Assembly (NCBI RefSeq): GCF_006345805.1
Contig: NC_042999.1
Coordinates: 96,038,001 to 96,102,000 of the forward strand
Length of the DNA: 64,000 nt
DNA from: Octopus sinensis
Taxonomy: Eukaryota
Direction of reading: 5' to 3'
The notes under the pieces were generated by a model, which was not told where the DNA came from, did not search any database, and saw only the letters and a list, made by a program, of their open reading frames with translations. The position numbers were made by a program, and so were the translations under genes. Of the stretch, positions 62,344 to 64,000 are shown piece by piece (the first letter of the stretch is position 1; the number at the start of each line of letters is the position of its first letter).

Positions 62344-62840
62344 TATTTATATTAAAATATAACATAATAGACTATGAATACAATATAAGGTAGCATAAAA
62401 AACCATTAAAAAGCCAAAAGAGCCAACAATTTGTTTCAACTTATATATATTATTTGATTTATAAACAATTCTTATCCACTTATATAAGTCTCTTCAGAGC
62501 TTTGGTTTAAAGACAGACAAAATTCTGTGTAAAAGGACAGCTGAACTGGAGAAAAATTAATTCAAAATAGTAGGTACTTGTCCAAGAACTGAACCTGAAA
62601 CTACATGTTGGGAAGCAAGATCCTTAACCATACCAAAAAGCCTCTACATCTGTGTGTGTGTATGTATGTGTCTGTAAACCAAAGCTCTGAAGAGACTTAT
62701 ATAAGTGGATAAGAATTGTTTATAAATCAAAATAATATATATAAATCGAAACAAATTGTTGGCTCTTGTGGTTTTTTAATGATTTTTATGGTATCTTATA
62801 TTATATTCATAGTATATTATGTTATATTATAATATAAATA
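62344..62840. mobile_element. Inverted pair (about 165-bp arms) of a hammerhead-bearing, PLE-pLTR-like repeat
   Basis: 62344-62509 is the reverse complement of 62675-62840 at high identity; each arm has CTGAAGA...GAAAC. Confidence 0.8.
62681..62767 (+). ncRNA. Type-I hammerhead ribozyme-like motif with intact core
   Basis: AAAGCT-CTGAAGA-GACTTATATA..(loop)..TATATAAATC-GAAA-CAAATTGT-T-GGCTCT: core CUGANGA, GAAA and UH are present and stems I-III are formable. Confidence 0.55.
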
Positions 62841-62844
62841 TGTA

Positions 62845-62884
<40 letters not shown>

Positions 62885-62939
62885 ACACATACACCTCCAC
62901 ATGCATGTGCATACACACACAGATATAAACATGTTTGAA

Positions 62940-63240
62940 TGGTTAAGAACCTTGCTTTCCAAACATGTAGTCTCAGGTTCAGTCCTTGTGTAAGTACTTT
63001 CTATTATTGTCCTGAGCTGACCAAAGCCTTGTGAGTGAATTTGATAAATAGAAACTGAATGAAGCCCATCATGTGTGTGTGTACTTGTCTTTACATTACA
63101 TGATGGTTATAAATGTGTATCACCATCATACAAACATTGTTGGTCATTTACAGTCTTCTGTGGAAATAGTACATTGCTTGGAAACAGGAAAATCTGTCAT
63201 AACAAATTCTGACTCAGGGAAAAATGGACATGAAAATTCT
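62940..63240 (+). mobile_element. tRNA-SINE, diverged
   Basis: tggttaagaaccttgc...ggttcagtcc head; ctgaccaaagccttgtgagtgaatttg...gaaactgaatgaagccc body. Confidence 0.7.
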
Positions 63241-63490
63241 AGAATGCATTTATGGCCTAGGTAATTTACATAGATTAAACAACAAGCTAAGATAGAGAAC
63301 TTAGAGTAGCCAGTGACACCTCTACAGACAGCAAAGGAAAATATAGCTATATCAAATACCTTACAACATAAATTCTTGCCTTATTGAAATTATCTCCCTC
63401 TCTAGAAGTTGTGTCAACATTACCAAATGGTTGCTAAGGACAGCTCCATATGAGAAGGAGAGATCATCTCAAGAATCAAGAACCAGTATG

Positions 63491-63521
<31 letters not shown>

Positions 63522-63539
63522 ATATAATATAATATATGA

Positions 63540-63810
63540 TTTGTGAAGGCTTTGGCCTAGTTGTTAGGCTGTTGTACTTACAATTAATAGATCAAGGGTT
63601 CATTTCCTGGACTGGGTAGCATGTTGTGTTCTTGAGCAAAACACTACATTTCACATTGCTCCAGTCTCCCTTTCAATTAAGGTGGGATGCTGATGTGTTC
63701 GTCTAGTCAACTGGATGTCGTCATTTGAAGGATAAAACTATGCAAATGCACTGTGATCAGTGATATGTAACAAAATGTGATAGTCTGGTTGCTCACATGA
63801 AGATCACATG
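63540..63810 (+). mobile_element. tRNA-SINE, diverged
   Basis: tggcctagttgttagg...gggttcatttcc head; cttgagcaaaacactacatttcacattgctccag body. Confidence 0.65.
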
Positions 63811-64000
63811 ATATATCATTTAATGTACACTATATAAAGATATGAGCTTCTAATAGTTTCTAGCTTAGGAGACGCATACCTAGGTAGGTTTTTATAACAT
63901 GCCTAGAAACGGTTAGTTTTTCATATCTTTATACTGTGTACATTAAATGATATTTATCTCTCACTGGATGGAGTAATTCTTTTGTTGATCTTACCATAAC

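Overview
AT-rich, repeat-dense eukaryotic DNA, almost certainly from an octopus or other coleoid cephalopod. The species call rests on my recognition of two abundant octopus SINE types and the dense (TA)n/(CA)n microsatellites, not on a database search. There is no intact long ORF, rRNA, true tRNA or CRISPR array, and most ORF-track entries are microsatellite or SINE read-through. Contents: (1) A chain of + strand AG/GT-bounded segments from about 4.3 to 59 kb that join in compatible phases. Several are stop-free and others carry in-frame stops, so this is a candidate large spliced gene in decay, of unrecognised identity. (2) A Penelope-like retroelement (PLE) whose RT is split and half-inverted between perfect 356-bp inverted repeats. 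(3) Three unrelated repeat families carrying type-I hammerhead-ribozyme-like motifs, each arranged as an inverted pair; one copy (62681-62767) keeps the full catalytic core. (4) A full-length decayed mariner, mariner MITEs and fragments, a hAT element with a perfect 8-bp TSD, a 3.2-kb TIR element with a nested fold-back, and RTE/other LINE fragments. (5) Many long inverted repeats plus one GC-rich pre-miRNA-sized hairpin. All coordinates and alignments were read by eye, and boundaries of degraded repeats are approximate.
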